A stretch of 64,000 bases of DNA from Azolla caroliniana (Eukaryota > Plantae > Polypodiophyta), in contig JBHGNT010000005.1 in assembly GCA_043228905.1 (NCBI GenBank), positions 11,532,001-11,596,000 of the forward strand. The letters run 5' to 3'. Below are positions 13,028 to 25,260 of the stretch, piece after piece (positions within the stretch are counted from its first letter, which is position 1; every line of letters starts with the position of its first letter). Position numbers and translations under genes: made by a program. The notes beneath the pieces are model-generated. The model saw only the letters and a list, made by a program, of their open reading frames with translations. It had not been told where the DNA came from and made no database searches.

Positions 13028-15952
13028 ATGGTACTGTCAGAGGAGGCACGCCAATGGATGAGGGAGAACGGGTTAAAAGGATTGTTGCGGATCGCCGACG
13101 CTCCACCACACGCAGAACCAGAGCAGGCGGCAGCATCGATCGATTTATCAGAAATCACGGAAGGAGCGGTGCAGGCGCTCACGGGGATAAAAGCAGGAGG
13201 GCTTCAAACAATCGAAAACCCTTCAAGTGAAATCCTGTTTGAATATTTCGGTGAGTATTCTATCAGCAGCAAGGTGTACCGAACACAGGGCGGAGAGAAC
13301 CTACTGTTCGGAGAAGTGGCCCGCACCATGATGGAATACAGATTCGTGAATCCTCGTCCCCCGGCCATAGCCAGGTACCGGGCAGCGTTCTTAATAGCAG
13401 CATACGAAGGATTACAAGTAGACTGGCTCCATTTCATAACCGAAGGATTGAAGGAGGCCATCAAGAATCTTGTGGAAGGAAAAAAGCCATGGGCCGGGAT
13501 AGCACAATGGCTAACGGTGTTAGTCCCACCGGTGCTCCCCATCACACAAAAGAAAAGAGGTCGGCAGGAGACGACGCCGAAAAAGGTCACAAAGCGCCGA
13601 CAGATCTTGGAGAAACACACCCCCGGATGGACCCAGCAAGAAGCAGAACAACGGGGGGAAGGACCATCCCGACAGCAACAGGAACCGGCAACAAAGGCAA
13701 AACTGGCAAGAAAAGGCAAAGGGAAATCGGCCGAGGAGGAACCGGTAGCGCGCAAACCAATCCATATAACGCTGCAACGGCCGGAACCGGAACCAGAGGT
13801 CTTTATACAAAAGGTCCGTCTGGTAGCCGCACCGGAGGAGGAAGCTGAAACAGAAGACTCATCCGAACCACTGGTAAGACTCCCAGCAAGACAAGGTCGG
13901 GAGAGACGGGCGAAAGGACCGGCCCCACCAGTTGACAAAACTCAGCAGAGGGCGCAAGGACCACCTCCAGTAGCCGAGGCGGAAGCAGTACCGGAACCCG
14001 TACCGAGGGAAGCAGCACCGACACCGGTTGTGCCGGACTTTAGAGAACCGGTCATCCCAGAGAAGAAGTATGAACAAGCGCCGGAGCCAGAGAAAAGGCC
14101 GGAAAAATAGCCTGAGTTAAGGAGTAGAAGTGAGCAAGGCCACCCCGACACAGGAAGAACAAAGCCACAATGGCTGAGATGGCTTTCGGAGCAGTTATCG
14201 GGAGTAGCGGACCAGTTAGAGAAAGAAGAAACGTGTAGGCAACAGCTGACGCATACAACAACTCAGGAGTTGGTCGCGCTCCGAACACAGATCGAGGAAA
14301 TGCAAGGGGAGTTGTTGCAGGCAAGGGAAGGAATTCAACGAGCACAAGTTGTCACCGAGCCGGTCGAGACAACAAGGAAGCAACCAGAACCAGAACCAGA
14401 ACCGGTAGCCTTGCAAACCGGCCCTGAGACCGAAAAAATAATAGAAACCTTATGAGAGGAGTTAAAAGCTCAGGAGGCATTAAGGGAAAGAGAAAGGGAG
14501 CAGCGGAAAGCGGTGGAGGACGACAAACGAAAAATGGAAGAAGGCCTCCGGAAAGGTCGAGCCACTAATGACCGACTGCAAGAAGAAAAAGAGAAGCTGC
14601 AAAAGGAGAAGGATCGACTGCGTCGACATGCCGAGCAGGAGATAGAACGACTGCAGGAAGAACTCTAACAACAGAAGGACCGGGACGATCGGTTAAGAGC
14701 TCAGGCAAACCGACGCCTGAAGCAGAAGACGGAGGACTTCAACCGTCTCTACCGAGATCACAAGCAGGCCGAGTCGGACAACAAGAAACGGGCAGCAGAC
14801 TACGACCGGCAAATAGAGAAGCTGAAAGAACAGCTCAAAGAGACCCGATTAGACCTGGCTAAGGCAATGGATGAGGTCAGTGCCAACAAGGAAGCATTGT
14901 CGGCGGAAATAGCCCAAGCGACGGAGAGAAGGAAGGAATTAGAGGCGCTAAGGCGGGAAAAGCTGGATCTGACCAAGATCAGGAATGAAGAAAAGGAAAA
15001 ATCGACCTTCACGATCAGCAAACTGCAAAGTACCTATGAAAAGCAGAAAGCGGATTACGAGGCCCAGGCTCAGATAATGGCCGACATTATAAAACGGGCA
15101 AGGAAGGAAAAGCAAGAAGCTTATGCGCATACTAAGGCGGGGGTCGACCGGATCAAGCTCATCATGTCAGGATGGAGTACCCGAGCTCAGGCAAGCATCA
15201 ACGAAAGTACGGAAAAGCTATGGAAGGAGTGGTCACAACAGGCAGCCGAGCTGCAGACACTCCGAGCGGATGCCGAGAATCGGAGGAAGACCGGTGACAA
15301 GTTCTACAAGATGGATGAAGAAAGTATCGTCGCCATTCGGGAAGAATTGTCGGAGGATTTCTACGCTTTAGAGGAAGAACATCTCAAAGAAATCCGAGGG
15401 TTGGTAGAGAGGTTGGATGACGGGCAGCTCACAACTCAGTTGGAGTTGGAGAGATACGAGCAGGACCGGTTACAACAGGAAGCTAAGGGAAGAACGACGC
15501 CAATCACTATTAGTGAGGGAGAGCGACCGGCTGAAGTTGAACCAACCGACACCGAACAACCCCGACGAGGAATACCCGATGAAGAACTTCCGTTCGAAGG
15601 AGAAAAAGAAGAGCAGGAGCAGACCGATGCCGAGGAAGAAGAAGAGCAGGAGCAGACTGATGCCGGAGAAGAAGAAGAGTTGAGACCGGAAGACACCAGA
15701 GCAGAGGAAGGAGGCGTATCGAGCCGACCAGTCGAGACCGGAGAAAGCGACACTGGTAACAGAACAGAGCCTGGAATGGAGGGAGAACAGGAAGAACCCG
15801 GACGAAGCGGTGAGGAAGCACTGGCACCACAGAATCAAGCAGAGCCGGAGCAGCAAATTTTTACGGAACAGCCAACCCAACCGGAGGTCGGAGACCAGGC
15901 AGGCAAGGAACAGGAATTGGAGGAAGAAGCACCACTTGACACCATCAAGTAG
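13028..15952 (+). pseudogene. Extra ORF in the env position; Glu/Lys/Arg-rich coiled-coil protein of unknown function
   Basis: ORFs 12764-14110, 14270-14455 and 14867-15952 share one frame. It is broken only by TAG 14108, TGA 14453 and TAA 14666, each one C>T from a sense codon. Confidence 0.8.
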
Positions 15953-16032
15953 AGTGTGCTCGATATTTTGGAGGAAGAATGAGACCGGGAGTGGATTTGA
16001 AGTGCAAGGCACTTTCCCATGGGCGTGCCATG

Positions 16033-16422
16033 TGTTGGCCGGTCAGAAGAGCAAGGACAAGTGGGAAGGCGGAGTCGGATCGGATAATAGGAAGTAAATA
16101 ATAGTAGAATTATTATTCGGAGGGACGGATCCGGTACAGTTGTACCGATCCGGATCCGGACCGATTCGGATGTCGGTTGCCTAAGCGCACCAATTGTAAC
16201 CTTGCCGGATGCCTATAAAAGGATCCGATGAATTGTAAAGGGTTTGACGGAAGTAATACAATAGTAATTATTGCGTGTTTATCTGTATCTTCGTATTGTT
16301 TACCGTCTGTGCTTAATTGTAATCATCTTATGCGTGTAACCTAGCATCCAATCCTTACCACCCCTTTGGAGAAGTGTCGGATAGACACCTGTGTTGAGGC
16401 TAGTCCGGCCAAGCAGACAACA
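16033..16422 (+). repeat. 3' LTR
   Basis: Direct repeat of 8433-8806, followed by TSD TATCC. Confidence 0.95.
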
Positions 16423-18027
16423 TATCCCTCAAAGACGACAGAGACATCGCAGATGGACCGACCCATCGGGCCGACTCAGAGATTCAACATACATTCGAAC
16501 TCGACTAAGCCAACAACATACCTACCTACCCCGAATCGGTAGGAGGTCCACTAGTCGATCTTGAAGACAAAGCCATCAAAAATAGAGTCAATTCGACAAG
16601 AGTCGAACAAAGCAAAGTCAACATGATGCGATTTGGAAACAAACCCGAGTCGACAAAGTTCACAGGGGAGAACGCCATGACACTGCCGAAATGCCAGCAT
16701 GGGGGCAAGTCACCTAACAAGACTCCTGACACAAACGGTTCAACAAATACTGGTCGACCGACAGAGCCGATCGAAGAATCCAAACGTCTTATCTGGGCAC
16801 CCTGGAGATCTGGACAAGCTCAAAGGCAGATAGAGTTCTACCAACCTGGCCTCGACTACGTCAACTACACCGATGCAGGCAAACCAAGCACTTATGAAGA
16901 AGCTAAGGCCACAATGGATGTCGATACATGGCTACAAGACATGAAATCTGAAATGGACTAAATTCACAAGAATCAGACATGGGAGTTGGTTGAACTACAA
17001 GCTGGGAGAAAGCTGCTACCTTGCAAATGGGTTTTCCGATACAAATATGTATCTGACTTAGAGAAACCCAAGTACAAAGTTGGGCTTGTTGCGAAAGGGT
17101 TCAAACAAGAACATGGGGTGACGATGAGATATTCTCACCAGTAGTCAAAATGACCACCCTCAGACTCCTATTAGGAGTTGTGGCGACAGAAAACCTAGAG
17201 CTAGAGTAGCTGGATGTAAAGACGGCATTGCTATACGGAGATCTGGAAGAATGACATTTATATGTCTCAACCGGTAAGCTTCACGGTGACGGGGGAGGAA
17301 AGTCACCTCGTATGTCGACTGAAGAAAAGCCTCTATGGCTTGAAACAGGCGCTGAGGATGTGGTACTAGAAGTTCGACGACATGCTGATAGCATAAGGCA
17401 ATCAAGCAGAGATCGGAAAGCTGAAGCAGAGCCTTCATGACAAGTTTGTGATGAAGGAACTCGGACAAGCCCATCACGTATTGGGCATGAGGATTGAGTG
17501 AAATCGAATGATCAAGACTCTCTGACTCTCCCAGTTTGACTATATCCGAAAGATGATGAAGCGCTTCAACATGGAGAATGCAAAGCCAACACCAACACTA
17601 CTTCCGACGTCGATCCGAGTATCAGACAGAGACTATCCTTCAATGGACAAGGAGAGAGAGCTTAATGGAAAGATACCCTACACATTGGCCGTAGGAAGTA
17701 TCATGTACGCAATGGTGGCGACCTGACCCGACCTAGCCTATGTCATAGGGGTGGTCAGCCGGTACATGTCAAATCCAGAACGGAAGCATTGGGAGGCCTT
17801 CCAGCACATCTTCAGGTACTTGAGAGGGACCGAAGATGTACAGCTGACTTTCGGTTTGACAACCTCAGCCAAAGTCGAAGACTACACTGACCCCGACTAT
17901 GCCAGAAATACAAACAATGGGAAGTCAACATCAGGCTATATTTTCACCTATGGTGACGGTGCGATATAATGGAAGTCGAAGCTTCAAGAGTGCACGACCC
18001 TGTCGACCACTGCAGTTGAGTACCACT

Positions 18028-18711
18028 TGTCAGGGACTACATGCTCCCGATGAACAACGCTCGGCCACAACCGAGTCTAAAATCAAACACAGAAAACGGA
18101 TAATGAATGCACGACACAAAGGAGAGAAGAGTACACAGGATGTTTAACGTGGAAAACCCTGAGAGGGAAAAACCACGGGAGTTCACAGACTCCAAACTAT
18201 CACTATATCACAATGATTACAACAGTGAGCTCACGGAGGCAACGACCTCATGCTCACGATCTTCGCCACAGGCGGCGGTTACAACAGAGGCAACGACCTC
18301 TTCCTCTCTCTCTCTCTCTCTCTATACACTGTTACGCGCTCTCTGATCTAGCGCCAACAAGAATGACAAAAACCCTCATTTAGTTTGCCCTAAGTCATAT
18401 TTATACTAATATGACTTTTCGGCTATTTACAAATATAGCCCCGATGGACTCTCAGAAACATATTTCCGAATATGGGGCCTTCATCCGGCGAGCACTTCTC
18501 ACTGGGCCTTCACCATCCGGCTCTTGCCAGGTACTCCTCATCCAGTTCTCACCGGGTCTTTCGTAGTCGGGTACTCCTCATCCGGTTCTCCCCGGGTCTT
18601 CCGTAGCCGGGTACTCCTCATCCGGTTCTCCCCGGCCTATCGGCCTCGGCCGAGTTTGCTCATCAGTATTGTTCTTCTCACTTCCCATCCGGAGGGACCT
18701 GTTTCCTAACA
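18028..18711 (-). repeat. Isolated LTR related to the Copia F LTR (54186-54932)
   Basis: Minus strand reads TGTTAGGAAACAGGTCCCTCC...CCCTGACA; interrupts the RNase H of Copia C. Confidence 0.9.
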
Positions 18712-19665
18712 CCTAGCAGCATTGCAGGCAGCGAAGGAAGCGATGTGGTTGCGTCGACTATCTACTGACTTCTCATCCACAATCTGAATCGACCGACCAG
18801 CGTCGAGCATCTATTGCACGACCCTGTCGACCATTGCGGGTGAGTACCTAGCAACATTGGAGGCAACGAAGGAAGCGGCACGACCCTGTTGACTACTACA
18901 GCTAAGTACCTCGCAACATTGGAGGCAGCGAAGCAAGTGATGTGGATGCGCCAACCATCTATTGCGACTCACAGAGCGCAATTCACCTCATTAACAATCA
19001 CGTCTATCACACAAAGATGAAGCAAATTGAGGTGCGGTATCATCACATCTGGGAGCTCATAACCGAGAAGAAGCTCGTAGTCCGAAAGATCAACACCTAG
19101 GTGAACATCGCCGATTACCTGACGAAGCCACTTCTAGATCAACGCTTCGGGCCACTAAGGACAAAGATGGGACTACGACAAGTGACCAAGTAGAAGAAAC
19201 CCAAACGAGGAACAGAAGGTAAGACTCGACCGAATCAATCATGATAATGAGTCAGGCTAGGCTCGACACAGACCTCACCTCTACCGACTCGGCTATATGC
19301 TGACCTACTTGTAACATAATTTTAGATTAGTATTGTAATCTAGGTTTACGGGGGAGATAACCCCAAACACATGTTCATGTAGGAAAGAGTAGTCCTTTTT
19401 AGGGGGAGTTTGTTGTCATAAAAGGCCGACTCCTTCCACTTTGTATCCTAGTGTGAACTTGTCTAAAGAGTTAGGGCTTACTATGTAAGTGATAACCTAA
19501 CATCGTAAAGATAGAACGCTTGGTCATCTTGTACATGGAGTCTCAGAGAGAGAGAGAGAGAGAGAGAGAGAATGTAATAACAAAGCTTCCATTAAAGCTC
19601 AAACTGTCTATATGCTCTGTCTATTCTTGTCTTCCTTCTGTATTGTTTGTTGAGCATGACCAACA

Positions 19666-20458
19666 AGTCCTCACATACATTTCCATGCCTATCGGTCTCT
19701 CAGCTTGACTCAGTTTTTCATAGCTCTCTTTTGGAAACTTGACACACCTCTTCATTCCTAATTGTGTCATGCCACCTCTGCCCTCTCTCCAACTTGTTGA
19801 CGGCCCCGAATACGAGGTAGCTGCTATTCTTGATTCCAGGATTGTGCGGAATAAGCTCTGTTATCTAGTTGATTGGGTAGGCTATCCTCCGAGTGATCAC
19901 ACTTGGGAACCTGTCAATAATGTTTCTAATGCTCCAGCTCTTGTCGACGACTTCCATCATCGCTATCCAAACAAACCAGGCCCTACATTGTTAGCGTTGC
20001 CTTCCACTCGTCGTTCTCGAAGGGGAGATAGTGTCATGAATACACAAACATTATGGTTTCACCTGGGCTTGACCCCAAGACCTTGTAATACATAATAAAG
20101 AACCTAACCATTAAGATAGCCTATGATCATATGAGATGATAAAAGCTACTTCTTATAATATGCTAATTATTGAATATACTCTCGAACATTCTAGAATATC
20201 CTAGAACATCTTAGCATATTCTAGATCTAGAACATTATAGAAATCTCTACGTTATTCTATAGGAACCTATAAATATAGACATACAATTCTTCTTAAACCA
20301 ATTCGAATCAACACCAATCTTAAGCTCTCATCACCTATCTTGTATCCATTCTCATTCTATCTAATACATTCATTCTTCTCTTATCATTTCACTCCTCTCT
20401 TCTTGTGATCTCTTTATATCTTTCTTCTATCACTCTATCTTTTCTCTTGGTTCTGACA
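19666..20458 (+). mobile_element. Chromovirus (Tcn1-like) 3' end: chromodomain, PPT, 3' LTR
   Basis: EYEVAAILDSRIVRNKLCYLVDWVGYPPSDHTWEP...FHHRYPNKPGP; PPT GAAGGGGAGATAG; LTR TGTCA...TGACA 20032-20458. Confidence 0.88.
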
Positions 20459-22674
20459 TTTCCTCAAGTTCCTTCTTTGAATACCAAGGGCTAAGGCAAC
20501 CTTAGTATCACTATATTTTTTTGTTGCCCCGTTTACAACCATGTGAAGGGCTACTCTCTTTGTATTGCAAACTTATCTATGCTCTCTACCCCGTTCACTA
20601 AGTGTAGGGATTACTTCATAGACTCTAAAATCTCCTCAAAAACACATTGGTTCCTAAACTTAATATTCTTCATGTCTTCATTCAAAAGTTGACGGTCCTC
20701 CATGCTAAATCTCTTAATTATTTCTAGTAGATAACAGACTATGTGAAGAACCACCCATCTCTTGCTCCTTTCAGACACAGATGTGCTACATGACAACTCA
20801 CTCTCATTGGTGACTACCATTCTCACTCTCATATATTTCTTTTCAAAACAATGATTTTTTCGACAAGATAACCATCATTTAAGTTAGACTATGATGAAAG
20901 GGATGAAGGAAAATAAACATGCAATAAGGGTTCATGTTTACCTTCTATGATCAAACAAACTTCACATGTTCGTAGAAGCTTCAAATTAGAGATAGGAAGA
21001 GCTGAAGAAGCAAGTGGCATAATGGTTAAAAATCTCCATGAACAAATCACATAAATGGCATGAAGAGTGGCTCCACTAAAAAGCAGTCAGTTTATTGGAT
21101 AGGCATACATATTGAACATGATCCAACAATACAAAACATAATCAATGAATCAAAATGAACGGTTCAGATAATCAAAGTGATTCACAAGTTTGAATAAATG
21201 GGGATTGGCAATACTCATCAACACATTTGGAATCAGAGTAGGGAAAGTCAGCATCTTGCATTGAAAGGGAGACAATCAAAGTGATTCAGAGCTTTCAATA
21301 AATTGGGATTGGCAAAACTCATCAGCACAGTTAGAATCAGAGTATATAAGGGAAAGACATAAGTCAATACTAAGAATTTGAAATTGGGAATATGATGAGG
21401 GATTAGAACAATATTAATTAGTAATATAATGTTTGTTATATGGGAACGATGTTTCGGGAGGCAAGGCTTCAACAAGCTCATACACTCTAGTGAAAAATAT
21501 GAAAGCAATAACATAGTGAAAGGACAACTTTCAGACAAAAAACAAATTGTTGAAAATTTCTTTATTCACACCGAAAAATTTAGGTTATACATATAGATGT
21601 ATGTGATAAAACCCTAAAACTTAACTTTGAAGTTTTCAAACACGCAGGGTCAAGACATCATAAAAAAAAAGCTAACATACAGGAAAAAAGGCTGTTGAGC
21701 AGCTCATGAAGCTAGAACATCATAAAACCTCTTTCTGACATTTAGAAATACAGATTTTCTATTATTTCAACACTTAAGTAATAAGAACAAGTGTCGTTAC
21801 ATACAAGTGTTATTTTTAAAATTATAGTAGGTACTTATTACATCATAGCATAAACATAAATGAATTTTTTGATAAAACTCTAAATCCTAAAGGCTAAATC
21901 AATGTTGTGATATAACCTAGTCCATAAATCAATGCTTTGATAAACACTAAAGCCAATGTATAGAAAGTGAAGAGACATACAGAGGAAAGGAGAGGATGGA
22001 TGTTACCAGCATAAGGTAACACGGTGTTGGATACTCATGCTTTGGTATCTAATTCAAGGTCTTGTGGTAAGGGAAGGGTCGTATCGATAAGACTTTTTTT
22101 TTTCCATAAAAATTATGCTCCATTGGTATTAAAATTAAAAAGGCCAGAGGCACTATACAAATAGACTATAATATTTTCCATGTCTACAAGTTATATCATC
22201 AAAGAAAGGACCAAATATAAGTGGTGGCCTTTGGCAAGATAAAGATAATTATAAACTATGAAAACAAATCTCTTGCCAATAACACCTTTGCTATACCACA
22301 TACAAAGGGGATATACTCGGGGACCTTATCGTCAATCTCCCCATAACCACACAAATTCCCGCAGTCGAAGAGAATACATTTCTTGTTGGTAGTCATGCTC
22401 AACATATATACCCTGTTTGTCCACAAGATATTGATTTTGGCAAATTTTTGTATATCAAGGCCTTCTTCATCTGTTGCAGTTGAAGACACCAAACGGTCTA
22501 TAATGCACATGTCATGATTGCCCACCTTGGACAGCCCCCATCTATCCTCTCCCATGACGAAACAACCATGTCCTTCATCTCCACGATCATTGAAAATATA
22601 TTTGTATTGAATCTCCATACCATCAACACTTTGGTTTATCACAACAGCCATGCGCCGGTTACACCACAATCATC

Positions 22675-23270
22675 TACCCAGTCATGATAGTCGGCTTCAA
22701 CCCCCCCACCATCTTCACTCATCCTTATCATAGAAGAATTTCTTCATTCAGTCCACATCAGTCATCTCGCCGATTAACATCTTGCCAATACCAATGTCTA
22801 CGAAAATCCTATGTTAATAACAAAAAATTAGTCCAAAAGTTTCCTCACCCACTCCTGATAGTCGGCTTCGATCCCCCCACCATCTTCACTCATCCTTATC
22901 ACAGAAAAATTTATTCATTCAATCCACATCAGCCATCTTGTTGATTAACATCTTGCCAATGTCCCCGCAAATCCGGTATTAACAACAAAAAATTAGTGTA
23001 AAAGCTTCCTCACCCACTCATGATAGTCGGCTTCGACCTCCCCACCATCTTCACTCATCCTTATTACAGAAAAAATTTCTTCGTTCAGTCCACATCAGCC
23101 ATCTCAGCGATTAGCGTCTTGCCAATGTCCATGAAAATCTTGTATTAACAACAAAAGATTAGTCTAAAAGTTTCCTCACCCACTCCTCATAGTCGGCTTC
23201 GACCCCCCCACCATCTTCCCTCATCCTTATCACAAAAAATTCTTCATTCAGTTCACATCAACCATCTTGT
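22675..23270. repeat. Tandem array, ~165-172 bp unit, ~3.5 copies
   Basis: ATAGTCGGCTTCGACCCCCCCACCATCTTCACTCATCCTTATCA recurs near 22685, 22857, 23021 and 23187. Confidence 0.9.
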
Positions 23271-24394
23271 AGACTTTTAGGGATGTCCGATCATAATCGT
23301 TGTTCATATGAATCGAACTTATTGTGGCTGTGGAGGCTATGGAGGCTATGGAGGTTGAAAATCTGAGCCGGCTACAACCAACCGGTGGCGTGCACGATAC
23401 ACAGGACATGTAAGGACGCTCAACACAAATAAGAACTTCAACACAGAACACAGAGTATCAACAAACAGATTTCTATTATCAAGAACAAGCAATACAATAC
23501 TATTCGATTAACGTTTACATTCTTTCCATGTCTCTTTTTATAGGGATCATGGGCAATTACATTCAATGCGTGAATCGTTACTACTAATAATACTAGGCAC
23601 CGTTTTAAGTTCGTCTTCTTTACTCCTTGTTCGGCCCCACCCGTCTTTTGTTTGTCCCGTAACCGTTCTTTGGCCTTTTAACACTTGGGTTGTCCGGACC
23701 GGCCAACAATGGGGAAACCAATGCTTCAAGAATGATTGGGAAAACGATTGAAGCAGAGTTACCAAATCATACTAATGTGTTCAGGACACAATCGTGCGGT
23801 GAATCCCTGAGATGCAAAGGAGACACAATGAGGAAGAAGCGCCAAAATAAAGTCATCATTTACTACACATTATATTAAACATGAGGTGAAAATAGCCCCC
23901 AAAATAGTAAAAGCAACCCCCAAATGTTTTCCCCCCATTCCTTGTCTTTAATACTATGTGTACTACCCACCCCACTCCCTAAAAAGATTTTATTTTATTT
24001 TCGATTTTTTTTACAATTATTTAGTACTAGCAGTACAAAAAGTACTCGTGTTTTTTGGCCAAAAACTATACTTTTTTGGTACACCGTAGCGTGCTTCCAC
24101 CTAGAGAGAACAAGCCACAAAATGTTACCCATAACCTTTCTAGTTTTCACATATGAAACCAATGAAATTTTTGAAGGATAAGAGGGGATGATGAGTGTTG
24201 TCACACGAAAACGCGTGTGTATATGCTACTCAATGAGAACCACGAGGGTCTTGGACTAGGGAGTTAAGAGAGGTGGGGAGAGAGATGAAAGCTTACTCAT
24301 CGACCTTTGGGCTCACCATACGAGTGCACAAGATGGGGTGACGTGTTAAGACAATAATGATTGACGAACGATGTTAGGGAGGAAGCCTAACATA

Positions 24395-25260
24395 TGAACA
24401 CGAATGTTCGAACGCCTTTATGAAGAGGAGAGGTGCATGGGCAAGCCCGAATCAACCCCAAGTTATAAGACGAGTGAACACACGACAAGAAGACTTACAG
24501 ACAAACCACTAGTATTCAAACATCTTTGCAAAAAGGAGAGCTGCATGGACAAGCCCGAGTCAACCCCAAATCACAAGATGAGCGAGCGCACGACAAGAAA
24601 ACAAACGTGCACAAAGCACAAATGTTCAAACACCTTTGAAAAGGAGAGATGCATGTGCAAGCCTGAATCAACCCCAAGTCACAAGACGCACGAAGACACG
24701 ACAAGAAAACAAACACAGAAAGCACAAACGTTTGAACGCCTTTGTGAAAAAATGAGCTCTGCATGGGCAAAGCCTGAATCAACCTCAAGTCACAAGGCGA
24801 GCGAACACACAACAAGAAAGCAAACACACAAAACAAAAATGTTTGAACACCATTGTCAAAAGGAGAGGTGCGTGGGTAAGCCCGAATAAACCCCAAGTCA
24901 CAAGACGAGCGAACGCACGACAATAAGACTAACAGAAAAACCACTAATGTTTGAACATCTTTGCAAAAAGGAGAGGTGCATGGACACGCCCGAATCAACC
25001 CTAAATCATAAGATGAGGGAGCACATGACAGGAAAATAAACACACAATGCATGAATGTTCAAACGCCATTTTCAAAAGGAGAGGTGCATGGGCAAGCCTG
25101 AATCAACCCCAAGTCCCAAGACGAGCGAGCGCACAACAAGAAAACAAACACACAAAACATGAATGTTTGAACGCCTTTGTGAGAAAGAGAGGTACATGGG
25201 CAAGCCCGAATCAACCCCAAGTCACAAGGTGAGCGAGCACACGACAATAAGGCTTACTCA
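24395..25260. repeat. Tandem array, ~108 bp unit, 8 copies
   Basis: GAGAGGTGCATGGGCAAGCCCGAATCAACCCCAAGTCACAAG recurs about every 108 bp. Confidence 0.92.

Larger units (their letters stand above)
8433..16422 (+). mobile_element. Ty3/gypsy non-chromovirus (Athila/Tat-like) element with both LTRs, an internal gag deletion and an extra 3' ORF
   Basis: TG...CA LTRs 8433-8806 and 16033-16422; 5-bp TSD TATCC at 8428-8432 and 16423-16427; RT FLDGFSGYNQI and FVDDF; RNase H DAS...YYASRKL; integrase HHCC and GLDFVGP. Confidence 0.95.
7911..19665 (+). mobile_element. Older Ty1/copia (copy C; integrase-RT-RNase H and probable 3' LTR), 5'-truncated and interrupted by two insertions
   Basis: Integrase (GEY...QNGVAER, KCIFLGYG) 7911-8432, RT 16428-18020, RNase H 18712-19190, PPT AGGGGGAG 19401-19408, LTR TGTTG...CAACA 19411-19665; many stops. 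Confidence 0.78.

Noticed and set aside
10088-14668. Premature stops as sites of U-to-C editing or readthrough
   Set aside because: All are C>T changes expected from methylcytosine decay; plant U-to-C editing is organellar
13028-15952. Calling the extra ORF a true env gene
   Set aside because: No signal peptide or hydrophobic transmembrane stretch is visible
20460-22200. Short ORFs and a ~72-bp duplication (21170 / 21275)
   Set aside because: AT-rich with no recognisable domain or element boundaries
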